Shown piece by piece: positions 7,726-18,800 of a stretch of 30,765 nucleotides of DNA; positions within the stretch are counted from its first letter, which is position 1, and each line of letters begins with the position of its first letter. Made by a program: the position numbers and the translations under genes. The notes beneath the pieces were generated by a model. That model worked only from the letters and a program-made list of their open reading frames with translations, was not told where the DNA came from and searched no databases. Origin of the DNA: a virus (taxonomy: Duplodnaviria; Caudoviricetes); IMG/VR virus record IMGVR_UViG_3300048636_000041, positions 1-30,765 of that record. One strand, written 5' to 3'.

Positions 7726-10395
7726 TTAGTACTCGCCACCATCTATTATATTGGTCATCTGATAATGGTACTCTCCAGTACCAGTGCCTGTTTCTTTAAC
7801 CATTAATATTTGATCTAAATTAGCAGCAACTAAATCCGTAGGGATTTCGCGTTCGCTTGAAGCGGCCGCTTCTCCAATAGGATTAACCCATAACTCTTCG
7901 TACACTTTCTGCCATTGTTCAGAACGATTAATCATGGTGCTGTCACCGTCACCTAGTTTAATCTCCTTAGCAGAAATTGAAGCAGTTACTACATTACTAA
8001 TCATTGCGCCTTCTGTATGATCAGATGCGAACGTGAAGCTTTCTCTACTGTCATCCCAACCCATAAAGCCCATTCGAGCTTGTGAATCAAAGTAAGGGAA
8101 TACAATACCTAAGTCATTAGTAGTGATTGCAGTTGGAGTAGTGTCTCCACCTACACGGAAAGTAGCATCATCAATAGTAACTACAGTAGAATTAACTGTA
8201 GTAGTACTACCATTAACTGTTAAATTACCGCCAATTATAGTATTGCCAGCAACATCAAAGTTACCTAGACTATCTAAAGATAGCTTGGTAGCTCCTACTC
8301 CATTAAAGACCTTGAATAACTCAGGATCTTTAAAGGTGCTTTCATTACTGAAAGGAGCTGGTATAGCATCCACTACTGTAACTACAGTAGTATTAACAAC
8401 CGTATCTACAGTTGTACTATCACTACCTACTCTAACAACCATACCTACGGAAAGTCCGTGAGCACCTCCATACGTCCAGGTCTTATTACCTGTTCCAGAA
8501 GAAGTAGCCGTATGAGCACTAACAGATACACTTGTATTACCTGTAGAGTATACTAAGTTATTATTAGTAATGGTAGAGCCATCCATAACAACACTAGATA
8601 TAACACCCTCATCAATATCAACAATATTTATATTAACTGAACCAGCAGAGCTAGAGTTAATATTTATATTATTTCCACTATTAGCTGTTAAAGTATTAAG
8701 ACCATCAAACTGTATATTACCTATAGTTGTTTGACCTCTTAGTCTAGATACACCTTTAACATCGAAATTAGGGTCAGCAAAACTTCCGCCTGTGTTATGT
8801 ACAATTGTGTCACCACTGCCATTAATTTCTAGTTTAGTAGCTCCAGCTTTATTGATTTTTACACCAGCAAAACCTTCTAGTTCTAATGTTCCAGCGGTAG
8901 TTTTGATATTGGTAGCACCAACACCCGCAACCGTTGCAGGAGTAAAGCTTAGATTAGTATCATCAAAGGTTATTGCATTAGTAGAACTAATAGCTATATC
9001 TGTAGCATCTATAGTAACCGTTACAGCATCCATATCTATAGTACCAGCCGAGTTAATAGTAATACTCTTAGTATCATCGCTAGTATTTATATTAATACCA
9101 CCTACAGCTGCTTTAAGTTCTATTGCACCAGATCCAGTACCTTTAGTATTATCTACAACAATGGTATCACTAGTACCACCATTAGCTTGTAAATTAATAG
9201 CATTAGCAGCATTTCTAGTCGATAAGACTTTAATACCACCGGCATCTGATTGTAGTTTAATTGAACTATCTGATGTACCTTGATCAGATAAGATAGTAAT
9301 TGACTCACTTGTACCACCATTTGCATGGAGTTTAATAGCATCCGCTAAGTTACTTGTAGAGTATAGATTAACTCCACCAGCATCAGAAGTAAGTTGCACC
9401 GAAGCACTACCACTAGTAACACTAGTACCCTGATCCGCATGTATACGTAGGGTGTCATTAGTTCCACCATCAGTGTGTAAATAAACAGCATCTGCCTGAT
9501 TACCTGCTGAACTAATAGTTACACCACCTGCTACAGATTTAACATTAACAGATTCAGAAGAAGTTCCTTGGGATGACTGTATTAATACAGTACCAGAAGT
9601 ACCTCCATTTTCAACTATAGTTACAGATGAACCATTATTTGTAGAAGTTAAGCTTATCTCGCCCACAGCATCAACATCAATTCCGCCTAGGGAGGTGATA
9701 TCAATTGCAGAGGATGAAGTACCCTTAGAATCAAGTTTTAGAGTAGCAGCACCTGTGGTACTACTCGCTATAACTTTAACGGCTCCAACCGTATTACTTC
9801 CACCATCGACTAGTACAGATCCAGCTGTAGCATCAATTGTAACTACACCGGCTGCCTTACTAGAAACGACAGAAATATCTCCTGCTGATGTTACAGCAAT
9901 AGCCTCCGCATTGTCTATTTTATCTACATTTAGAATACTAATTAAACCATTGGCATCCTTTTTGTCTATTACTATAGTACCGCTTAAACTATACCCATAC
10001 TTAGAATCAATACCATATGTACCAGTACCGTCATCTGAGCGAATAATTAACTGATTAGTAGTATTCTCAGCATCGTAGATTACTAAATCAGTTCCTGAAG
10101 TAAATAAACTAATGTCATAAGCATTAGAGCTTCCTTCAGACTTGAATTGCATAGCACGAGAATTACCTGTTGATGCTGCTGCAGTTCCTATTAGAAAATC
10201 TTCTAATATTACATTTGTGGATTCGTCGAGTTTGAAAAACTTCCCTTGTCCGCCTAGTTCCGTTATGTTACCGTCACTTTTAGTAATATATAGAATTTCA
10301 TTTTGATCAGAATATGATAATAAACCAAACTCTGATGCACTCGTAGTTGGGGGCAATAGGCCCGTGGTACGTTTTATTTTAATTAAATTTGACAT
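7726..10395 (-). CDS. Long tail fibre/shaft protein, 889 aa
   Basis: N-terminal IKIKR anchor motif; ~46-aa G/S/T-rich repeats (AxAIxL..GG..GT..L.S.AGG); GNLTVNGSTTTVNST shaft motif; C-terminal IDGGEY; GAGGA RBS. Confidence 0.8.
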   Translation of the reverse strand: MSNLIKIKRTTGLLPPTTSASEFGLLSYSDQNEILYITKSDGNITELGGQGKFFKLDESTNVILEDFLIGTAAASTGNSRAMQFKSEGSSNAYDISLFTSGTDLVIYDAENTTNQLIIRSDDGTGTYGIDSKYGYSLSGTIVIDKKDANGLISILNVDKIDNAEAIAVTSAGDISVVSSKAAGVVTIDATAGSVLVDGGSNTVGAVKVIASSTTGAATLKLDSKGTSSSAIDITSLGGIDVDAVGEISLTSTNNGSSVTIVENGGTSGTVLIQSSQGTSSESVNVKSVAGGVTISSAGNQADAVYLHTDGGTNDTLRIHADQGTSVTSGSASVQLTSDAGGVNLYSTSNLADAIKLHANGGTSESITILSDQGTSDSSIKLQSDAGGIKVLSTRNAANAINLQANGGTSDTIVVDNTKGTGSGAIELKAAVGGININTSDDTKSITINSAGTIDMDAVTVTIDATDIAISSTNAITFDDTNLSFTPATVAGVGATNIKTTAGTLELEGFAGVKINKAGATKLEINGSGDTIVHNTGGSFADPNFDVKGVSRLRGQTTIGNIQFDGLNTLTANSGNNININSSSAGSVNINIVDIDEGVISSVVMDGSTITNNNLVYSTGNTSVSVSAHTATSSGTGNKTWTYGGAHGLSVGMVVRVGSDSTTVDTVVNTTVVTVVDAIPAPFSNESTFKDPELFKVFNGVGATKLSLDSLGNFDVAGNTIIGGNLTVNGSTTTVNSTVVTIDDATFRVGGDTTPTAITTNDLGIVFPYFDSQARMGFMGWDDSRESFTFASDHTEGAMISNVVTASISAKEIKLGDGDSTMINRSEQWQKVYEELWVNPIGEAAASSEREIPTDLVAANLDQILMVKETGTGTGEYHYQMTNIIDGGEY

Positions 10396-10411
10396 TTAAT
10401 GTTTCCTCAAT

Positions 10412-10449
10412 ACTCTATATAGAGTCGTGTGAGAGCCGATATATATCGG
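10412..10449. promoter_or_regulatory. Twin perfect 14-bp palindromes in intergenic leader
   Basis: actctatatagagt (10412-10425) and ccgatatatatcgg (10436-10449). The palindromes are certain; their function is unknown. Confidence 0.45.
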
Positions 10450-10458
10450 AGTTTTAAA

Positions 10459-10854
10459 TTAATAGTTCCCGCCATCTAGGGTTTCCATATCAACTTGAGT
10501 ATAATCATATGTTCCAGCTTGTGCTCCTACTGGAGGCGCATAGCCTGCTATGGCTAATGTTCTCCAATCGAAAACTCCGGTAGATATTTCTCGATATACC
10601 ATAAGTTGGTCATCGTTAGTATCATACCACAAGTCTCCTTCTGTTGCATTTGTTGGTGATTCCTCTTGTACAAAGTGTTGATCCGCTACTTGTTCAAGTG
10701 CTTCTTGAACATTAGTAGCAGTTATAGTACCATGTGGAGAGAATGCAAGGTGTTGCGCCTCCGCTATGCCGTTTATAGTTGTTATAATGGTTTCATTTTC
10801 GGTAACCGTTACATTACCGACCGTTTCTGTTACAGTTACTGTTATGCCACTCAT
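10459..10854 (-). CDS. Short fibre/connector protein, 131 aa
   Basis: ATNVQEAL trimer motif, P...EGDLWYD motif, C-terminal LDGGNY; ATGA overlap with the upstream gene. Confidence 0.75.
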   Translation of the reverse strand: MSGITVTVTETVGNVTVTENETIITTINGIAEAQHLAFSPHGTITATNVQEALEQVADQHFVQEESPTNATEGDLWYDTNDDQLMVYREISTGVFDWRTLAIAGYAPPVGAQAGTYDYTQVDMETLDGGNY

Positions 10855-11189
10855 CGTGTTACCTCTGGGGATACAGCTACTGTGCCTTCAATAACACGTG
10901 TAACTGCTCCTGTATCAGAAGTCATTTCGATATCGTATACATGTACAAACGCTGAATCCAATTCAGATGTTAAGGTATTTGTTAATGAGATATTAAAAGT
11001 ACCCGCAGGTCCATTTACTAACAAAGTAGTAAAATTCGCCGCTATATCTGTAGAATAATGAGATTTTCGTATTTGTGATTCAAAAGTATAATTACTTAAA
11101 TCAACCGGAACCCCATCTTCCTCAACTCTAATTTGCATATTATAGGATGCACCTTGCTCAACTGTTATATTGTGCTTACCTGCAGCCAT
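10851..11189 (-). CDS. Fibre attachment/collar protein (T5 p132/LtfC- or BppU-N-like beta-sandwich), 112 aa
   Basis: NITVEQGASY..PVDLSNY..QIRK..YDIEM..TRVIEGTVAVSPEVTR pattern; position after the tail tip genes. Confidence 0.65.
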   Translation of the reverse strand: MAAGKHNITVEQGASYNMQIRVEEDGVPVDLSNYTFESQIRKSHYSTDIAANFTTLLVNGPAGTFNISLTNTLTSELDSAFVHVYDIEMTSDTGAVTRVIEGTVAVSPEVTR

Positions 11190-11192
11190 TAC

Positions 11193-12812
11193 TTAGCTCC
11201 TTTGAAGTTGTACTTCAAGAGACTCTACTTTTTGGGTTAATTCCTTAACAGCTTCCACGAGAACGGCAGTTAGTCTAGTATAGTGTAGAGCCTCTGCTTT
11301 GCCGTCTTTTGAGCTGACTACTTCAGGAATTATCCCTAGAACGTCATCCGCGATGAGTCCTATTTCTTGCTTTCCGGTGGATTTCTTTTCATAAGAAACG
11401 CCTTCTAGCTTGAGAACCTTACCCAAGGCTCCCACAATTGGTTTAATATTTCTCTTTAATTCTTTTGCGGAACTCTCATATAGTGTTCCACCTACATATA
11501 AATTCTTAGCTATAGTTACTCCACCTTTTACATCTAATGCTACGAGCGTGTCTGCTAATGAAGTGGCGTTCACTGCGCTGTTTATAGTTAACTCACCAGT
11601 ATTAGAGAATACTGAAGGGGTAGAGGTGGGGTGGTCGGTTGCGTGGGTATAACTACCAATCTGCACGGAGCCATCAAAATAAGACGTACTACCAGTGTTG
11701 GTTGCTCTAATATCTCCTAAGAATATATGTTCGGAATCAGTAATAACCCCCGCTGCGGACTTTAATACTACCACATCTGAATATGAATTAGTAGCATCTC
11801 CTTGAGGATTATTCAATGCTGATATTACTAGTGCACCATTGTTCTCTATATTCGCCCCCCATATAGCATAAGTAGCGTTATTATCATGCCAAACTATCGT
11901 TCCCTTGTCAGTTGAATCATAGTTACTTGCAAATGTAATTCCGCATGTCCCAGTACCGTCGGCTTTACTCGATCCAAGTTTTATTACATCGTCACCGTCT
12001 GTATCTAATAAGTCTAACTTATTGCACTTTATAGTTTCTCCAAAAGTAGCGGTTCCCGTAATAGTAATAATATCAGCAGCGGCATCACCAAGAGTTACAC
12101 CACCATTAAAAGTAGCTGCGCCGGTTACAGTAAGAAGCTTATCTACTGTTAAATCTTCATTGAGTTTTAAGTCATCCGCAAAAGTAATTAAGTTACTTAG
12201 GCCGTGTAATTTACCGTTTAGAGTAATATCATCTGTGATAGCATCACCAAGAGTTACAGCACCATTAAAAGTAGCTGCGTTGGTTACTTCTAAAGAATGA
12301 AGCTTAGTCAAAGAACTGTCTACGTCTAAAGTATCTTTCATCACAACGGCATTATTACAAGTTAAACTTGCAGGACTAGTAGTTGTACCAATAGTTACAT
12401 CTCCCCCGAAAGTCGTAGCCTGTACTAATCCACTAATAGTAACAGTATCTGTGATAGCATCACCAAGAGTTACAGCACCATTAAAAGTAGCTGCGTTGGT
12501 TGCAGTAAATGCTCCAGAAAATGTCTTTGCCCCCGATATTGTCTGTGAGTTTGATACATCAACATAGTCAGCCGCCCCCTTGTTGCCTAAATGGGTGACA
12601 TTAATTTCATATTCGTCAGATAAATCCGCCCAAACTCCATCAGTAAGTTTCTCAAATTTATTACCGTTCCATCTTTTTGTGCCAGATGGTAGCTGGCTAG
12701 GTGAGACAATACTCATATCAAACATCGTAGCCTGATCCACTGCTTTACTCTGAAGTAAGCTTAATACTTCTACATAGGTACTGGATACCACCGGTTTTGT
12801 AAAATCCGCCAT
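11193..12812 (-). CDS. Tail fibre with C-terminal intramolecular chaperone (peptidase S74), 539 aa
   Basis: C-terminal SAKELKRNI...GLIADDV..IPEVV..HYTRLTAVLVEAVKEL plus coiled coil; ATFNGAVTLGDA shaft repeats; AAGGAG RBS. Confidence 0.85.
   Translation of the reverse strand: MADFTKPVVSSTYVEVLSLLQSKAVDQATMFDMSIVSPSQLPSGTKRWNGNKFEKLTDGVWADLSDEYEINVTHLGNKGAADYVDVSNSQTISGAKTFSGAFTATNAATFNGAVTLGDAITDTVTISGLVQATTFGGDVTIGTTTSPASLTCNNAVVMKDTLDVDSSLTKLHSLEVTNAATFNGAVTLGDAITDDITLNGKLHGLSNLITFADDLKLNEDLTVDKLLTVTGAATFNGGVTLGDAAADIITITGTATFGETIKCNKLDLLDTDGDDVIKLGSSKADGTGTCGITFASNYDSTDKGTIVWHDNNATYAIWGANIENNGALVISALNNPQGDATNSYSDVVVLKSAAGVITDSEHIFLGDIRATNTGSTSYFDGSVQIGSYTHATDHPTSTPSVFSNTGELTINSAVNATSLADTLVALDVKGGVTIAKNLYVGGTLYESSAKELKRNIKPIVGALGKVLKLEGVSYEKKSTGKQEIGLIADDVLGIIPEVVSSKDGKAEALHYTRLTAVLVEAVKELTQKVESLEVQLQRS
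12082..12501. repeat. 55-bp exact repeat (12231-12285, 12447-12501) plus partial third copy (12082-12120)
   Basis: Encodes TNAATFNGAVTLGDAITD. Confidence 0.9.
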
Positions 12813-12828
12813 ATTATTTTCTCCTTAT

Positions 12829-15800
12829 TTATTTAGTGCCTGTACTATTCCAGGTAACTGTTCCATTAAAACTCTTGGGGGACCCGTCTAGTGAATCTGT
12901 CCAATCCCAATTAACATCATACGTCCCCGTATTATATATAACATCATACGTCCCCGTATTATATACTGCAGTATCTATTATATGTACATAAAAATATTCT
13001 GGACCTGCAATATCCACAAAATCTATTATTGCTCGTAGAGAAAGTGGATCGCTAGACCCTAATTTAACTGTAGCAACTATGTCTCTTATATCTTTAAAAT
13101 CTTTATTAAAGAATACTCTACTAACCTTTAAACCCTTCCTTGTACTGAACCAATCCCCGCTCGCGCTAGTACACGCAGAAATATTATTGTCCCCCTCAGG
13201 TATTGGAATTGGGTACCAGGTACCCCCACCCGCTTCACAGTCTTCCTCATTAATTATAGAAGGAGTCATTACGGTTCCAATACTCTCACCACAATAACTA
13301 TCCTCAATTGTGAGGCCCCCGGCTTTATTACATATACCCGAGTCATCAGTAATTACTACTTCAGCAGAGTCACTTATAGTTTTAATACTTAATTTTAGCT
13401 TATATTCGTCTAAAGATATGAGATTGAATCCAGCAGTGGTAGGGTCTGTTATAAATTCAGTATAAATTTTTATATATCTGAACTTTTCTGATATAGCTGC
13501 TGCAATTGAGGGTAACTCAGTCCAGTTAGTTGGGATACTCATTGAAGGCCAATTATCAGGGTTACTATCAAAAGCCGCATTACTATAATACATAGTATGT
13601 TCCATAGCTACACCCCCGTCCACAATAGTACTAGCGATAGACAGAGATACATTTGAAGAATCTAGTTCAACTCCAAGGTCCCACATCTGCCAAAAATTTG
13701 CATTCGCAGGGGTGGTGGGTTGTAAATAGTAAGCATATCCGCTATCTATTACATTTTGGAACGTTGGCTCCGGTGACGTACCAAACGAGTTATTTGTAAA
13801 ATGTTGCTCCCACGTTTCTGTAATCTCCGTGCCACCTACAGGTAGAAAAGCAATACTAGCTCCTCTAAAAATGTTATCCATCTCTATTTTTGTAAGTTCG
13901 GGCGCTAAAGGTGGCACAGTAGCAGGTATTGGGAAGTCCTCGTCTAATGTTGATACAAATTCATTCTGTAACACAAAGTCAGGCGGCTCAGATACAGAAA
14001 CTAATAATTCAGTTGTTTCTGAATAGTTTCCTGCTACATCTATTGCCACAACCCCATATTTATACTCATTTGATATAGTTTCCATATGAGATATAAATTG
14101 TCCTGTGGTAGTAGTCACAGGTAGTAGTCCTGCCCAGCTATCATTATCTATTATGCAGTCACTAGGGCTACTATCGGGGCACCTTCTTACTTCATAGGTT
14201 TCTATATCTAAATTTAGTACGTTAGAGGAAGTACCCCATCTGAGTAATACATTATTATCTACTACTACACTAGTTAGAGTCTTAGTAGTAGCCGCCCAAG
14301 TGGCGCTTGCATCTGTGCCACACTTAGCTTTTGTATATAGTATAGGATTAGAACATTGCCCCATCCCAGGTCTCTCGGGTTTAGGTACTGCTACAGAAAT
14401 ATCAGTAGCAGTACCTTTATTGTTTGCGGCATCCACAGGTGTTACCGTAAACACACGTATACCTTGCTCTTCTGTTGTCCAGGTTACCTCTTCCGAATAC
14501 GAAGTAGACCCAGTAGTTTTTAGTAATATCGGGGAACTGCCATCACTTGATAGTGTATTAGCCTTATATCCTTCTATTTGATAATGTAATAGTTCTAAAC
14601 TATTACCACCTGTATCAGTAGGAGCTTTCCAAGTTAAATCTACTCTTTTACCTGCCATTTTAATCTCTACGTTAGTTATTGCACCTAATGGCTTCAGGTC
14701 GGGCATAGCCCAGCCTATAGAGTCTGTAGAGTTTGTTACAGGTTCAGGGCTTTTATTACCTGCAGTATCTACTGCTTGTATAAAGAAACTCATATCTCCA
14801 TACTGATCAACTGCCCAATCAACTTTCTGTGTATAAGACAGCCCTAAAAACTTAGTTATATCTACATTATTACCACCATCGGGGCAGGGGACTACGAATG
14901 TACACAACCAATTTTTACCCTTTCTTAATATGTACTCTCGTATCTCTAAAGACCCACTAGTCGGGGCACTCCAAGCTACAGTTACGGAATCTGCGCCTAT
15001 AGAGGGTACTTCCATAAAAGGCTCTACTGGGTCTACTACATCGATTGTAACTTCTACACCCTCTTTGGACTTATTACCTGCAGTATCTACTGCGATAATA
15101 GAAAAGACACGATCATTTCCTATCCAGGTAACTTTTTCAGTGTGCCTTGGACCCTTCATTAACATGAAGTTGTTAGTCTCCTTATCTGTAACAATCCAAT
15201 GATCAATTTCTAGTGTGTACAACGGAGAGTCATCCGTTACCTTTATACCCCAAGTTAGTACTAGATCTGAACCTATAAAACTATTTTTTACAGTAATCAC
15301 ATTAAAAGGAGCCCAGGTCGTTACAACATGCGCTTCCCAAGCCTCACTATAATTACCAGCCGAATCGATAGCTTTAATCCAAAAGTTTTCGTCTCCCTTA
15401 GACCAATTCACTAGCATAGTATGCGTAAGAGTTTTGAAAATACCTACTAAAGAGCCCTTGTCCCCCTCGTCACCACCTTTGCGAAGCTCATAATTTTCTA
15501 CAGGCAACGAATGAACATCGGGTTCCGACCAATTAAGTATTAAACTATCCCTAACTAGTTCATGAGCATTCCAGCTATCTATATTGCCCCACTTAGGGAT
15601 AAGTACTTCTACCTTTAAGAGTACGGGAGTACTATAATTATTTGCTTTATCTTTCGCAGCTATCCAAAATTTGCGAGAGCGTTCAGCACTACTACCCCAA
15701 CCTACTGCTACAGCTATAGAGGCCGATCCTCCTGTTAGTACATGGGTGTCTTCTGAGCCAGCCCAGTTATCCCCATATCTTACTTCATAGTCTACTACAT

Positions 15801-18800
15801 TATAGGTACCTTGTACAGCTTTTGTCCACTTTAATACTACATTTGTACCCACAAAGGAAAAGTCCTCACCTGTAATAAGATTTGGACCAGTAATACTAGT
15901 AGAAACCTTTGATACTTCTGCGGATTCTACATTACTAGTATCTACAGCTTTTATTAAATACGTATGAGTTCCTGAAGCTAGATAAAGACCCGAAGCTCCT
16001 CCATAGGACAGAGTATTAGTATGGACTATGGGAACAGCATAATCCCACTTAACTCCATCCATGCTCATTCTTACATCATAATGATGTAAGTCTAAATCAG
16101 TGACTTCTTCCCAAGATAAATAAGTACCTGTAGTAGGGTCATTGACTACAGTAAATCTACTAGGATCCGTCTCCCAAGTATTATAATCAGAAGTCCATTT
16201 ACCTATACAAGAAGTGCCTTCCCAATTATGAAATAACTCTTCGCATTTAATTTCCTCTAAAAGGTTCCCACTAGCATCTACGGGGGCTAAAGATGAGCAC
16301 TCTGCTTCTGTATTGGCGACAATTCCTCCAGAACCTAATATAGAGCATCGTCCTTGCCTTTCACAAGTATCAAGTGTCTTTAAATAAGGTACTTCAATAC
16401 CTGCTATGGACCTACAAAAACTAGTTACTGAAGAAGGAGGTTTCGATAGACCAACTAAAGTAGCTGAAGCTGATATAGTACTAGACATTGTGTTAGTAAG
16501 TACACTTTGCGCAGCAACTTTGGCTTCATAGGTACCAGCAACTGCATCTAAAATTTCTAACTCTAAGTACTCAGTATTCCCTGCATCTATCCAAATTCCA
16601 TTATTGACTCTATACTTTATAATATAGTCTCTAATAAAGGAATAACCTATAGGCGGCTTCCATCTTATAACAGCTTTATTTTTAACCGAACCATCGGAAC
16701 TACTATAGGGTTGTTCATATATATCTAAGTCTGAAGGAGGAGGACACCCGTCCGTAATATTAGGTATACGACTGATGCTTAATTCATCTAATTCTTCGAA
16801 ATTAAGCCCTTCTTCAATTATTCTATACTTATCAGCATGGTACTCCATAGCCAATACTTCGTATTCATTCTTTTTTGCCTCTTTAACTCCTAAAACTCTA
16901 AAAACCTGAGCTTCTACTACTCCCATTTCTTCTAATAACCACATATAGTCTGCGTTAGGGGTATTAGTTAATTCATGATGATACTCTAAAGAATCTCCTT
17001 GGGAAGCGAAACCATTGAAATCAGACACAGTTACCTGTGTAGCACTTATTACATTATCAATAACTGCAGTATTAGATGTAGTAAGATTAGTTACAGTTAT
17101 ACCATGGAACTTATGTGAGAAGGACATCTGAGTATCTACTATATCTACCCCTCCACCTCCTGTAGCATTACTAATTTCCGAGCTTATATCTATACTTGAA
17201 GCACTATCAGATAATATATTTACAGGGTAATTTTCTATAAACATATAAGGGGACCACTGGCCTCCATCTGATATACAGACTTCTTTATCTTCTAGTTCAC
17301 CTGGGTTACCTGGGTTAACTGGTATATATAGCTCACCCGCATGAGGATGAGGTACTCCAAAAGAAATTTCTTGGGGGTGTAAACAAGCATCATCCGTGTG
17401 TATAACATTTAACTTATAACCGTGATGTGGAATTACGTTTTCTAAAGGACTATCTAATATTATATTAGTTTTTGTGGAGCCTGATTTTATTCTACCTCCA
17501 TACCTATTTCCTGATCTAGAAGTGTCCGCTACTTTTATTAGCTCTCCTGGCTGTAAAACGGCTGCTTCTATTCCAGCCTTAAATACTAATGTTTCAGTTT
17601 CCAGAGTATCTGTAAATAAGGTCCATAGCCCAAGTCTATGCGCCTGACCTCTTGAAGTACACCCAAAAGAAGTGATATCTGTTTTTCTTATACCGTACCT
17701 CTTAATGCCTTCTCTGTCTTCTACATACTCTATTTTTCTTTTATAAAAGTTTTTTGGGTCATTCCAAGATACTAAAGCTACTGTTTTTCTGGCTTTTTGC
17801 GACGTTCCTGAGTAACCAAATTCTCCATCTACAACATTGGCTGCAGTAAATAATTGAGTAGGCTCTTTAGGAGAATCTTGTACGGCAACAAGTTGTCCGT
17901 GAGACCAGTAAGATAGCCCTCTAAATGCGAAAGCTAAATCTTGTACGACTTTTATGGCTTCTTGCTGATCCTGTATATATACATTAGTAGCAAATCTAGG
18001 TTCCCAGACATCATCCCCTCCTAATTTAAATCCTGATTTAACTCCTACAAATTCACCCGCACTATTTACTGCATCACAATATCTACCTATCTGATATAAA
18101 GACCATTTATCTATTTGGTTTTCTTGTAGATAGTCCCCCAGTCCATACCTTTTATTAGTTAATAAGTCGTAGTAAATCCATGCAGGATTAGTTGTCCATA
18201 TAACTTTTCCGTCTAAGTCCCCATTGAAGTAACCCTCGTATAGTACATCTCCTGGTTGTACACCATCTTTCCAGGCACCACCGCGTACAGCAATTCCACT
18301 GAACCCCGAGTTCGTTGAAACAGCTCCATCTGCTACGTACCCTGTACCCGGTTCTGTAATATCTACTTCTACAACCCCTATGTATGCAGTACCTTCAGCC
18401 CCTGTACCGCCTCCTGCATCAAAAGTTACAGTAGGTGCCGAAGTATACCCAGATCCTGGGTTAGTAATAATTACCTCTGCTATTCCATCATCTGGAAAGT
18501 CAAACAAGTACCCTGTACTCGGGAGAGCTATATTATCCGGAAAATCGTTTATAAATGCTACACCTGATACAAGATACCCCGTTGCTCTTTCTCCACCTTC
18601 TATATCTGGTTCCGAAAATACTACATAATCACCATTTTCATAGTCTTGCCCTATATCAGTTATATTAACTGAAACTACTCCTACTACTAAAGTACCTTCT
18701 GCAGTTTTATCACCCTCTAAAGCAGGCGTATTAGGAGCTGTAAAAATGACTGCATCCCCCTGAGCACCGCTTGTTCCTATATGAGTTATATTAACTCTAT

